DNA from: Candidatus Marinacidobacterales bacterium
GTDB taxonomy: Bacteria; Acidobacteriota; Vicinamibacteria; Marinacidobacterales; DATDRI01
Direction of reading: 5' to 3'
Length of the DNA stretch: 64,000 nt
NCBI GenBank assembly: GCA_965219415.1
Contig: OZ244742.1
Span: 288,001 to 352,000, forward strand
Shown piece by piece: positions 9,708 to 19,848 of the stretch. Position 1 is the stretch's first letter, and every line of letters starts with the position of its first letter. A model generated the notes under the pieces. That model searched no databases. It saw nothing but the letters and a program-made list of their open reading frames with translations, and was not told where the DNA came from. The position numbers were made by a program, and so were the translations under genes.

Positions 9708-10806
9708 AGAGTACTTCCCAAACGTAGGACCAGCCCGACGAGCGCCATTTCGGTAACGACTAACACCCCCCAGACACTTGGAGAGGCCAAGCAGGGCCAC
9801 AAGTGAGCGAGCGCATTGCTTCGGTACGCTCTTGTGATGTCTTTCGGTAGGTCGGTGCGCCTGGCCCCCGCGATTTCGACGTAAGGCGAGTACCTTCTTT
9901 CTACGATCTGATTCTCTCCCGTGGCAGCGTGTACGTCTCCAGCGTCCGCCGCCTGATTGCGCGCTTGAATGTGCCGCCGGGCTTCGGTGACGTAGGAATC
10001 CTCGATTCCCCAAAGATCCTCGGCGGGTCGGAGAAGTCCCCCGCGCTCGCTCGGCGAGATGGAAGACCAACGCATGCGACGCTCCTCACCCGTATTCTCG
10101 AGCTCCTCGGCGTGGTATTGAGAAACGAACTCCACGTCGTGCCAGCGGATCCAGTGACCCCAATGGACGAAGTACATGAACGCTCCCAGCAAGGGCAACA
10201 CCAAGGCAGCGGAGATGGCAACCTGCCGAAGCTCCGCACGGGTCGGCCACACGAGCTCCCCTCTTTTCACCCCACCTTCATCCAATACGAGGCCAGCGTA
10301 CAGGAGACCGAACGCCCCGGCCGCGGCGTTGACGGCCACATCGCGAACCTCGGCGAAGCGCGTGGCGAGTGCCCATTGGATAAGCTCATCCACTAACCCG
10401 ACCGCCACCAACAACAAGATTTGCGCGGAGCGTGCTACTAGGGAACGGCCCCGCATGGAGAAGAACGCGAGAAACGCGAGGGTACCGTATTGGGCGAGGT
10501 GGGCGGCTTCCAACGACCCGAGACCTGGGATCGGGGATCGGGGGCCGCCAGGAGGGTATAAACCAGACCGAGCCCCAGAGAAAGTAAAGTTAGAGTTCCT
10601 ACCGCGCGCCAGCGTCGCCCGGAAGTAAGCAGCCAGGTGCAAGCAACAATCACCGCCGCCGCGGCGAACAACCCAACGGCGACAAACCGCTCGAACCCAC
10701 CCGCCGCGTTCTCGTTGAGGTAATTTCTGAGCGCGGGGAGGAGAGGCCCGGAAAACCAGAGGAGTCCAGTCCAAGCGACAACCCACGTACGGGGAAGGTT
10801 GTCCAT
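9704..10806 (-). pseudogene. VanZ-like membrane protein, frameshifted at ~10510
   Basis: N-terminal TM helices in one frame (MDNLPRTW...); EAAHLAQYG, VDELIQW and RDVAVN VanZ-like motifs in another. Confidence 0.6.
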
Positions 10807-10828
10807 CTTTTTCAGGGTTGCAGGGTTG

Positions 10829-11425
10829 TCAGGCAGTGGCCTCAAACTGGCATTCCGGCCGTCCCTGGCCCCCACAGTTAGACTCGACCACCAAAGACCA
10901 ACCCAGCGAGGCTCGTTCCATCAGGCCCTTGAACAACGACGCATAGTAGACGCAGACTGGCCCATTAGCCACGACGGTTCGGCAAAATATGGAATTCGCC
11001 ACGACGACGACGAGCTTGGAACCGTCCCGTCGAGCTTCGAGTTGCCCATCGCGATGGATGTTCTTTAGGCCGGCCCGGAGAAGCCTCTTCACAGCGCGCT
11101 CCCGTCCGACCAGTGGCAGAGAGCTCCACAACTTGCGCTCCAACGGTGACAGATGCTCGTAACTCCAATCCGAGGCATAACGGCCGGCTCGATCCATGAC
11201 TTTTTCGTACAAAGCGGGATCGCGGCTGAGGTAGCTCACCGCGCCCATCACGGGAGCGATATGGAACTGCGGACGGCGATCGGCGGGATCGAACCATTTT
11301 TGGAAGACCTCCAGCTCTTCCGGGGCAAGGTCTTCCAATGCCTGCCGCAGACTGGCGAAAAACAAGCGCTCGACCGAGTCTTTTTTCAAGACCTCTCCCG
11401 GGCCGATCAGTTTCGCTTGCCGCAA
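10829..11425 (-). CDS. Hypothetical protein with V4R-like Cys-rich C-terminus
   Basis: NSIFC...PVCVYY...ESNCGGQGRPECQF pattern; start uncertain. Confidence 0.55.
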   Translation of the reverse strand: MRQAKLIGPGEVLKKDSVERLFFASLRQALEDLAPEELEVFQKWFDPADRRPQFHIAPVMGAVSYLSRDPALYEKVMDRAGRYASDWSYEHLSPLERKLWSSLPLVGRERAVKRLLRAGLKNIHRDGQLEARRDGSKLVVVVANSIFCRTVVANGPVCVYYASLFKGLMERASLGWSLVVESNCGGQGRPECQFEATA

Positions 11426-11544
11426 ACGGGACCCGAAGTGGTTGGGTGGCGGGCTAGTTGCCCCCCGAGTCGACGCGCGTTTATCATGACGAACGGAGTA
11501 AACCTAATTATACCATTCACGCAGCTCATCTCCCAGGACAGCAC

Positions 11545-12156
11545 TTGCCTTCGCCTTCCCCCATCGAGGCCGCAATCCTAACCGGCGGGGGCTCCCGCCG
11601 CATGGGCACCGACAAGGCGTTTCTTCGCCTGGGAAGCAAGACGATCATCGAGAAGCTCATCGAGACTCTGCGCGCGGCGGAGTATGACCCCATCCGCATC
11701 ATCGGCCCAACCAGGCCGCATGCCGAACAGCTAGGCCTTCCGATCCAGCCCGATTCGCAAACCGATTCCGGACCTCTCGGTGGCATCCACACCGCTCTGC
11801 TGACCGCCTCCCACGAGTTCGTCCTGGTGACCGGCTGCGACTTCCCCTTTCTCGATCGAGACCTCCTGGCCCATCTGGCAGGCCTCCTCCCCGGGCATGA
11901 CGCGGTGGTTCCCGTCTGGCAGGGGTATCCGGTACCGGTCTGCGCGTTCTATTCGATTCGCTGCCTCGGGGCGGTCGAAGCCCGCTTGGCGCGGGGCAGC
12001 CTCAAGGCCGCCGACTTTCTCGGCGATGTCTCTGTTCGTTGGGTGAATGAAGCGGAGTTACGGACTCTAGACCCTCGCGGGCTCTCTTTCTTCAACCTCA
12101 ACACGCCCGAGGATTACCGGAAAGCCCAGGAGATCGAAGCCCAGGCCGGGAACTAA
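11545..12156 (+). CDS. mobA: Molybdenum cofactor guanylyltransferase
   Basis: ILTGGGSRRMGTDKAFL, GPLGGI, CDFPF, FFNLNTPED. Confidence 0.88.
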   Translation: MPSPSPIEAAILTGGGSRRMGTDKAFLRLGSKTIIEKLIETLRAAEYDPIRIIGPTRPHAEQLGLPIQPDSQTDSGPLGGIHTALLTASHEFVLVTGCDFPFLDRDLLAHLAGLLPGHDAVVPVWQGYPVPVCAFYSIRCLGAVEARLARGSLKAADFLGDVSVRWVNEAELRTLDPRGLSFFNLNTPEDYRKAQEIEAQAGN

Positions 12157-13426
12157 TCGGCCTTCAACGGATAACCCTCGCTTCTAGCGATGAAACACGC
12201 CGCGGTCGCGTCACCGGTAACGTTCACCACCGTGCGTCCCATGTCTAGAATACGATCTACCCCGATGATGATGGCTATGCCCTCGCCCGGAACGCCGACC
12301 GTCTCCAATACCACCACCAGCAAGGGTATCGCTCCACCGGGAACCCCCGCCGCCCCCACCGCCGTGAACACGGAGAGCACGACCACCAGGCACTGCATAC
12401 CTAGGGACAACTCGACCCCGAACACCTGAGCAACAAAGAGCTCCCATTCATGTTCGTCGTTGCACCGAGAGGCAGAACGAAACCTGCAATCTCCGAAGGC
12501 ACACCCAACTCTTCCTCGCTGGTCTTGATGGTCGTTGGCAGCGTGGCATTCGAGGAGCTCGTCGAAAAGGCCGTAATCATGACCGGAATCATCTTCTTGA
12601 AAAATTGGCCGGGCGAATAGCGAGCGACGACTGTTAGCAGAATGGAGTAGGTGCCGAACAGGTGCAGGAGATAGCCAACCAAAACGATGATGACATAGAA
12701 AGACAGGTGCCTGAGAATCTCCCAGCCGAAAAGGGCGGTAACGTCGAAGATCAGCGCCGGCACCGCAAAGGGGGCGATGCGCATGGCGAACCCGACGATG
12801 ACAACCATCGCATCCCCGATCCCGTCGAGTACTTTGACGGTCGCCTCGGCGCGCTCGCGAGGAATCATCGTGAGAGCCAACCCGAAGAGGATTGCGAAAA
12901 CGATGACCGGCAGCATTTGAGTCTCGGCGGCGTCACGTATCGGGTTCCGGCTCACCATACGCACCAGCATATCCGGCCAAAATCTCCCCTCTCCGGCAAC
13001 CGACGCTCTTTGCTCTGCCTGTCCGCCGAATCTTTCCATGAGCGCTCGCTGTGTCTCCGGGTCGAAGCCCTCACCCGGTCGCAACGTATTCACCATCGCC
13101 ATCCCGATGACTACCGAGATCGTCGTGGTCAATAGGAAATAGCCGAACGTTTTGGCGCCTAGCCGACCGAGCTTTCCCACATTGCCCAATCGAGCAACGC
13201 CCAGCGACAACGAGCAAAAAACGATCGGAATGACGACCATGAAGAGTAGGTTGAGAAAAATTTGACCGATCGGACCAGTCACATTATCCACGAACCATTC
13301 CAGGCTAGAGTACTGAATGGTGCCAGCCGCGGTGAGCTGATTGACCGTTACGCCTGCAGCACCGCCGATCACGAAGCCGACCAGAATCTTCGTGTGGAGA
13401 GGAATTGCCTTTGGTTCTTGTGCCAT
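12153..13426 (-). pseudogene. Dicarboxylate/amino acid:cation symporter (DAACS/GltP family), frameshifted at ~12430
   Basis: AFSTSSSNATLP and LGATTNMNG in one frame; AGVPGG and GVDRILDMGRT in the next. Confidence 0.85.
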
Positions 13427-13501
13427 CTGGGTCGCGCGACTTCAATGAGAAAAGCCGCGGCAGCATAGCATGAGGGATTCAGGAGCCTTCACACTACTCC
13501 T

Positions 13502-13525
13502 GGGAGAGGGATTAAAGGAAGGAAG
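13502..13525. repeat. REP-like repeat arm related to the element at 46401-46510
   Basis: Reverse complement of 13502-13521 (CTTCCTTTAATCCCTCTCCC) matches 46401-46420 at 19/20. Confidence 0.55.
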
Positions 13526-13534
13526 CCAACCTCT

Positions 13535-14087
13535 TTAGGGTCGGCGGTCGGGGTTTCGTGTCCGGCCCCGAACTTCCCGCATGAGCTCCTGCAGTCGTCT
13601 CTCCAGCATGACCTCAAGAAGTCGGTATCTTCCTCTTTGCCGAGCGCTCAGAATCTCGTCAATCGTGCGGTAGTCCTCTCGCAAAGTTGTCTCGAGGTCG
13701 GCCTTCATCGTGTCGAGCTGTCCCACAAGCGCGACGATCTTTTCATCCTCGGAATCCGCAGCGCGGACGAGACGCTGGAGCTCCCTTAAACTCTCGCGTC
13801 TCTTCCGTTGGTAGTTCCCGTCGGTGCTGCTGCAACTTTCTCTGAGCGACCACCATCTTAGCGAACTGCTCGTCATCGAGCTCGAGTGCCTCCTCCATCT
13901 TGCTGATGATATAGGCATCCATAAGCCCCTGGATGTCGCGATCGGCGCGAGAAGGCGCCCGGGGTTCTTGGGACATCGGAAGCGCGGCGACCGGCGTGGC
14001 CGCCGCGACCAGGAGGCCAGCGACAAGCGCGACAAACACTATGGGCACGACAGGCACGTCGGGTACCCTAAGATTTCGCATGTTCAT
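13535..14087 (-). pseudogene. Spy/CpxP-like periplasmic helical protein, frameshifted at ~13820
   Basis: Signal peptide; EALELDDEQ and EILSARQR repeats lie in different frames; third gene of the ECF operon. Confidence 0.6.
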
Positions 14088-14635
14088 CCCCCATTTCCTC
14101 CTCGAGCTCGCGGCGAAACCGTTCCGCTTCCTCTGTGGTCAGTTGAGACAGGTCGAGGTTCGAAGCCGAGCTCCACCCCAGCGATTCTTCCAGTTCTTCC
14201 ACCGAATCCGACAACTCGACGATCGAGAGAAGAAAGAGGAACTCCGTATCCTCTTCTACCGCAGGAAGCACCGCCTCGAAAGAAACCGGCTCGGTATTCT
14301 CTGGAACAAAGAAATCCACTATCTGCCATGACATCACCGCGAATGTCGCCGCTGCCGCCACGTACCAGTACCAAGACACCCTCTTGCGCGCTGTGGCAGT
14401 TTGTAGCAGTTTTGCTTGCACGTCCGCACCGAACTCTTGCCAGTAGCTCTCCCCGGGGTGAGGCACGTCACCCTGGAGGACTTGAGCCATCGTTTTCCTG
14501 AAGCACCACGAGCTCTCCTGCGCATTCGCCGCAACTCGCTAGGTGCTGCTTCACGGCGGCATCGACCGGTGCCTCGTCCAGCAAGTCGACCAACTGGTCG
14601 TGATTCAGGTGGCGTCCGGAGCTACTCTCCTTCAT
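14068..14635 (-). pseudogene. Zinc-binding (ZAS) anti-sigma factor, +1 frameshift at ~14494
   Basis: ATG 14635 gives MKESSSGRHL...HLASCGEC (HxxxCxxC); continues in the 14068..14490 frame with a TM helix. Confidence 0.7.
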
Positions 14636-15010
14636 GACTCACCTCGCCCTTCGCCATCAGCACCTTCCTGAGGTTCCGCAGCGCGAAATAGAAGTTCGCT
14701 TTCGATGTCCCCACCGGACATCCGAGCGCGGTCGCAATTTCTCGGTGTGAGAAATCGTGGTAGACGCGAAGAATCAGGGTCAATCGCTGCTTTTCAGGAA
14801 GCTCCTGCACCCCTCGTCTTACCGACGCCGCGATCTCTTCGCGAGATAACGAATCTAACACCCCCGGCGAGGGATCTGGCAGGTTCTCACAGCTCCGCCG
14901 GCTGCATCTTCCGCGGCCCGACCCAGTTCAGGCAACAGTTCACCGCAACGCGATGGAGCCAGGTCGAGAATCGAGATTCGAATCGGAAACGAGGAAGCCC
15001 TTTGAATAGG
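14622..15010 (-). pseudogene. ECF sigma-70 factor, 5'-truncated and frameshifted at ~14888
   Basis: LFKGLPRFRFESRFSTWLHRVAVN (region 2 end); LPEKQR...FSHREIA...GTSK (region 4); N-terminus absent. Confidence 0.8.
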
Positions 15011-15570
15011 AAGATATGGGCTACCAGGCCAAAAGCATCAACGAAGGATTGGCGGTCGTCTTTTCCGAACTGGAGAAGGACAACTTCTCCGGCATCGGTA
15101 TCAGCTTCGGTGGCGGCTTGACCAACGTCTCGCTCGCCTATCTCTCCGTGCCGGTGTTTTCTTTCGCAATCGGACGAGGCGGGGATGATATCGACGAAGC
15201 GGTTGGCAAAGTGAGTGGCGAGACCGCGACCCGGGTCCGGGCCATCAAGGAAGAAGGGCTCGATCTCAATCACAAGCCCAAGTCCAAGATGGACGGCGCG
15301 CTCCAGATCTACTACGAGGATCTGATCACAACCGTGGTCGAAGGCATCGAGGAAGCGCTCGCCAAAACCGAGAACCTGCCGAAACTCGACCATCCGCTTC
15401 CGGTGGTGCTGGCGGGCGGGAGCGCCCTTCCCAAAGGCTTCAAGCTGAAGTTCGAGCGGGCTCTGACGGCGCAGAAGCTTCCGATTCCATTGGCCGGCGT
15501 ACGTTTGGGTAAGGATCCTCTCACCGCCACGGCTCGAGGTGCCCTACTCGCAGCTCTGTATGAAAATTAA
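15010..15570 (+). pseudogene. C-terminal half of an actin-fold ATPase (volactin-like); 5' half missing
   Basis: EDMGYQAKSINEGLAVVFSEL..NFSGIGISFGGGLTNV, RGGDDID, VVLAGGSALPKGF, ARGALLAA. Confidence 0.7.
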
Positions 15571-15692
15571 CGGCCCGGGGGCCAGCGCGTGGGCGAGGAG
15601 CCCACGAGCACTAATCGGCCGGAGGCCCGTCGGCCAGGAGGAATTGAGTCAGTGAATAGCGGGTGCTCAAGGGAACCTGGTCGGGTTTTTCG

Positions 15693-15746
15693 GCGCGAGC
15701 GAAGAGCGAGCGCCGCGCGTGGGGGTGGGGCCCCGCGCGCACTAAG
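15693..15746. repeat. REP-like GC-rich palindromic element
   Basis: GCGAGCGAAGAGCGAGCGCC followed by hairpin GCGCGTGGGG-GTGGGG-CCCCGCGCGC, intergenic. Confidence 0.5.
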
Positions 15747-15759
15747 CGAGGACGGAACC

Positions 15760-16020
15760 ATGAATGACCAAAAAGCCGAGAGCGTCGTTCCAAGCACGGA
15801 AGGCCGAATCGGACTGGATGTCGGGACCAGCAAGATCTTGGTCGCCCGTCGCACCGGACGTGAGCTCCAAGCATCCATCGAAGTCAACGCATTCATACCC
15901 CTTCCCTATTCCCGAATTACGGAGAACATCCTTCTACAAGAACAAAGTGCACTACTACCAGGAGAATGGCCACTTCTACGTATACGGGAATAGCGCGGAA
16001 AAATTCGCGAGCCTCTTCAC
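15760..16020 (+). pseudogene. N-terminal fragment of a second volactin-like actin-fold ATPase (frameshift ~15940, truncated ~16020)
   Basis: RBS GAGGA + ATG 15760; phosphate-1 motif IGLDVGTSKILVAR; NAFIPLPYS; YVYGNSAEKFASLF. Confidence 0.7.
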
Positions 16021-16340
16021 ACCATCTCGACTGGGCCCATGGTTTCCCGTTCGCGGCGCTAGGCCTTAGCGATAAGTACGACGTACCCCTGCCTAGCATC
16101 GTAGGATTTGGCTTCGGCTACGACGAACACATGGTCGAATCGACGAAGGGCGAACTGTGGCCAGGAGTAAAGCATGCCGAACGAGAAGCTGCGCACGCGG
16201 GCACGGGATAAAGGCGTTTCGTCGGCGATGCTCAGATTGGAGTTACGGCGAGTCTATCGTCGTTATCAAGACACGCTCGAACAGGCGAAAAAGAACGGAT
16301 ACTCGCAACGCACGGTAGCGGCGGGGCTGGCTTCACCCTG
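16020..16340 (+). pseudogene. C-terminal fragment of an unknown protein fused at a deletion junction
   Basis: Coding-like HHLDWAHGFPFAALGLSDKYDVPLPSIVGFGFGYD with no start; frameshifted tail. Confidence 0.4.
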
Positions 16341-17280
16341 ACCGTTCCCAAGCGACTTCCGCTATGGCGGCGTCCTGCGCCCCCACGCCAGTCAGGTCGC
16401 AGACGATCAACTCCTTGCCCTCACGGCCTGATTTGCGTCCGATCAGCACCTCACCTAGCTCGGCGTGAAGCTCCTCCTCTTTGAAAAGACCCGCCTCGAC
16501 CGCGTGATGGATCTCTCCCAAACGCACACACTGCGAAAGTCGGTCCGCGACGACCTTGTCGGCATTGGCAACCACCTCCGCAGCCAACTCTCGCTTATCG
16601 GGCCCATCGGAGCCGACCGCAATGACCGTCGCGTCCGCCTGCAACCACGCGCTTTCCACCAGCGGCTCCCGGGACGGAGTGCATGTCACAACCAGTTGCG
16701 CCTCGCGCAAGGCTTGCTCCGGCGTATCGGCCGGTAAAACTGATTTCCCGAGCTCGCCTTGCATTTCCTGGGAGTACGCTTCCACATGGTCGCGATGTGG
16801 ACTCCACACGTCGACGCGCTCGAACTCACACACTCGGGCAATCGCACGAAGCTGATAACGGGCTTGAACGCCGCTTCCCAACATCGCTACCCGACCCACA
16901 GCCGCCGGGGCGAGAAGCCGAGCCGCCAGAGCTCCGGCCGCGGCGGTTCGCAGATCGGTCAGATAGGCGTTGTCCCGCAATAGCGCGAGCGGAAACCCTG
17001 TCTCGGCGTCGAAAACCAATACCAAGCCCGATCCCGTCGGCAGGTTCTTTTCAGCGTTGCGGTAAAAGCCGGAGGCGACTTTGATCGCGAAGACCTTCGA
17101 GCCCTTCAGGTAAGCGCCCTTCACGTGCACTTCGCCCTGGACCGGGGCTACATCCAAGGCCATCGGAGGCGGTTGCTCCACACGTCCTTCGGCCAAAGCA
17201 CTAAACGCTCGCTCAGCCGATTCCAGCGCCTCGGCTTCGTTTATCAAGTCCCTGAGCTTCTCTTCTTCTACGATCCGCAT
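16333..17280 (-). CDS. Ornithine cyclodeaminase/mu-crystallin family protein
   Basis: LTDLRTAAAG, GSGVQA, AVGSD, DLTGVGAQDAA. Confidence 0.88.
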   Translation of the reverse strand: MRIVEEEKLRDLINEAEALESAERAFSALAEGRVEQPPPMALDVAPVQGEVHVKGAYLKGSKVFAIKVASGFYRNAEKNLPTGSGLVLVFDAETGFPLALLRDNAYLTDLRTAAAGALAARLLAPAAVGRVAMLGSGVQARYQLRAIARVCEFERVDVWSPHRDHVEAYSQEMQGELGKSVLPADTPEQALREAQLVVTCTPSREPLVESAWLQADATVIAVGSDGPDKRELAAEVVANADKVVADRLSQCVRLGEIHHAVEAGLFKEEELHAELGEVLIGRKSGREGKELIVCDLTGVGAQDAAIAEVAWERSG

Positions 17281-17444
17281 GCTGCCTGTCCGATATGGCG
17301 AATGCCGATGGTATCACGGTGGCTAGACCGCGGCGATTGGGGAGAAGCCGCAACCGAACGGCGGACTCACGGCAGGCCGGGTAACTACTCCCGCCGGATC
17401 TCCTCCGGACGACCTTCTCACAGGGATCTTTTGAGACGGTCTTG

Positions 17445-17813
17445 CTAGGTGGGCATATCCTCGAACTGTGCAACCAGTTCGTGGAACCGCTGAATGTAGG
17501 CGTCGACTTTTTCTTGGGCGGCCGGAGGCAGCTTCCCGAAAGAAAGCCCTACTCCGGGAGGATTGTCCGCCGATGCATCCTTGGAATCGAGGTTGCTCCA
17601 CTCGACGACGGCATCGACGGTGATCTCACCAATCTCCCAAGGGAGCGTGATTTCGAGGGTGACCGGATCCCCGATGGGGATTGGATCTTTGGTGGCCAAG
17701 AAGGCGCCTTGCTCGCTCAAGTTTGTAAGGTAGCCTGGTTTCTGATTTTCTTCGTACGCCCACTTGGTGCGTATTACCAGCGGCTGCAGGCGGTCGCTCT
17801 TTCGTTTTTCCAT
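17445..17813 (-). CDS. PilZ domain protein
   Basis: RKSDR (RxxxR), NLSEQGAF (D/NxSxxG), GVGLSF. Confidence 0.82.
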   Translation of the reverse strand: MEKRKSDRLQPLVIRTKWAYEENQKPGYLTNLSEQGAFLATKDPIPIGDPVTLEITLPWEIGEITVDAVVEWSNLDSKDASADNPPGVGLSFGKLPPAAQEKVDAYIQRFHELVAQFEDMPT

Positions 17814-17823
17814 GAACCAGTCC

Positions 17824-19465
17824 TCACTCTTTGACTTCGCCCACTAAGAGCTTCGCGTCGAGCGAGCGAAGCTTGCCCTGTAGGAACACGTTCTCCAACG
17901 CCATACCGGCCTGCCCCATGAAGACCTCGAGGGCGGTCAGGGAGGTCAGCGGTTTTCCTGTGAGTCCGTTGTCGCCGTAGAGAATCAGCAGAACTTCGGC
18001 GTTGTTGAGCATCGGGACCAACGCCGCTTCAGCGGCTCGCCCTTGGCCGATATGAGAAAAAAGCCCCGGTTGCATCAAATCCAGTTCGGTATTCAGAGTA
18101 TGGGTTTTCCGACCCGTAACGACCTGTTGGACGGGAACTGTGGACTCAATGCCGATCGACAGTTTCTGCGCCAGGGCAACGTTGTCCCTTTCGCTCTTGG
18201 CCAGGCCAAAACCACTCAGGCCAGACGCCCGTTCGTTCTTTAAGAGAAACAAGATGCCACGCTCGAAGAACCTCTCGGCCGCCTGCAGCACCATTCGGGA
18301 AATATCCACCGAGCGGCGCGGATCGATGAGTTGTTCCGTCATCGACGCGAGAAATTCCAGGATCTGATTTCCGTCGACGGGGTCCCCATTGCTCCTCGCC
18401 GGCTCCTCGCTTTCTGGCGGCGACTGATGAGGTGCCAGATCGGCCAGCTCGCGCAAGATTGCGTGACCGAATGTACGAAGGTCGGACTTGTACTGCCCGA
18501 TATCCAACTTCGACAAGGCCGGCTTGAAAGCCACCTTGCGAATTCCTAGCTCCAGGGCTCGTCGCCGCGCTTTGTCGGAAGCCGTTCCACCATCAGCAAA
18601 ACCGGCACCGACTTCTCTAGCTTTCGCACCCGACGAGCTACTTCGAAACCACCGAAGAAACTCTTGCCGGTCGTGGTCGGCATTTTCAGATCACTAACGA
18701 CCAAGACCTGCTCGCCTTCTGCCAACCTTTCCTTGGCCAGGTTCGCACCTTGAAGGGGTGTGGTTGCGGTAAACACTTGATAACCATTCGCCTGTAGCTC
18801 TTCGCCGACGACCTCGGCAACAACCGGTTCGTCGTCCACCACGACCACCGTGGACCCGTCGTGGCGAAGCGGGTTGGAAAGCGGGTCGTTGAGCGATCCG
18901 GGAGCTATTACTTGGGTCCGGGTTGGATTGGACTCCGGTTCGTCCAAGGCTCCGGGTGGGAGATCGGCCATGCCTGGGTCGTTCGACGGTTCGGCCGTGT
19001 CCGTGGCGGATGCCGCTCCGGCGGGAACCGGCGATACTAGCTCCAACTGAAAACCGGACTCCAACATGGCGGTTGTGTCCCGCCGATCCTCGTCGAGCTC
19101 CCGGGTCAGCTCGAGCAACAGCCCTTGCGCGTTGATGCCAGGAGAGCTCAGGAATGCCGAAATGTTTACGCTCTCTAGATCTGACGCTATCCCTTGAGCG
19201 ACCTTAAAATGGAAGTCGCCCTCCTGAAGACGAGCCATTTCGCGCAGAGAGGTCTCGACCACTTCCAGGATGACGGCGTCTTTCTGACCTTCCTCGTATC
19301 GAGCATCGACCACGCATAGGCACAGACGACCTTACCGTCCCTGAAAACAACGGAGCCTCGGCCAAAGGGGCTGTCGATGAAGAGGTAGCCGTTTTTCTGT
19401 GAGAAGGCCACCAGCTGAAGGATGTCCACGAAGGGCAACTCCTGAAGCTGACCTTGAAATCCCAT
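17824..19465 (-). pseudogene. DUF4388 + receiver + GAF-like signalling protein; frameshifts at ~19305 and ~18575
   Basis: MGFQGQLQELPFVDILQLV (DUF4388); VVVDDEP and SDLKMP (receiver); AALVPML...LILYGDN (GAF-like), spread over three frames. Confidence 0.7.
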
Positions 19466-19848
19466 GATGTCCTCTATCCGACCGTTGAAATGCCCTCAGG
19501 CGGGTGGGCCCCTGAGTGACAGTAACCTTGCTGACGAGAGAGACCCTCGCCAGGCGAAAACGCCATCCTAACCAACAGTATTCTCCGTGGATTTATCCTT
19601 TATTATGAACGAGATGGCGCCCGAGGGCAATCCCCTCCTGGGGGAGACGTCGCTGACGCGCCGGCAGCGGTTTACGGGGCGCTTGGGCCTTTTACGGAGA
19701 CCCCGACTAGCGTTATGCTTCCGCTTCCGCCGCAAAGAGGTGGCCCTGCGCGGTGCAGGCCCAGAAGGCGGGAGGGGCCGTCAAACTGTGTCGTTGCTAC
19801 TAGCCGGCGAGCCAGACGGCGGTTCCGCGTTCCCGGCGACTTGACTGT

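Noticed and set aside
8343-10070. 575-aa ORF as listed, and similar long N-terminal extensions (28198..29406, 48025..49242, 2333..2962)
   Set aside because: The extensions overlap neighbouring genes and lack homology-like features, so downstream starts were used.
15010-16020. A single circularly permuted actin gene
   Set aside because: A stop at 15570, an intergenic REP-like element and a fresh RBS/ATG separate the halves, and the middle of the protein is missing.
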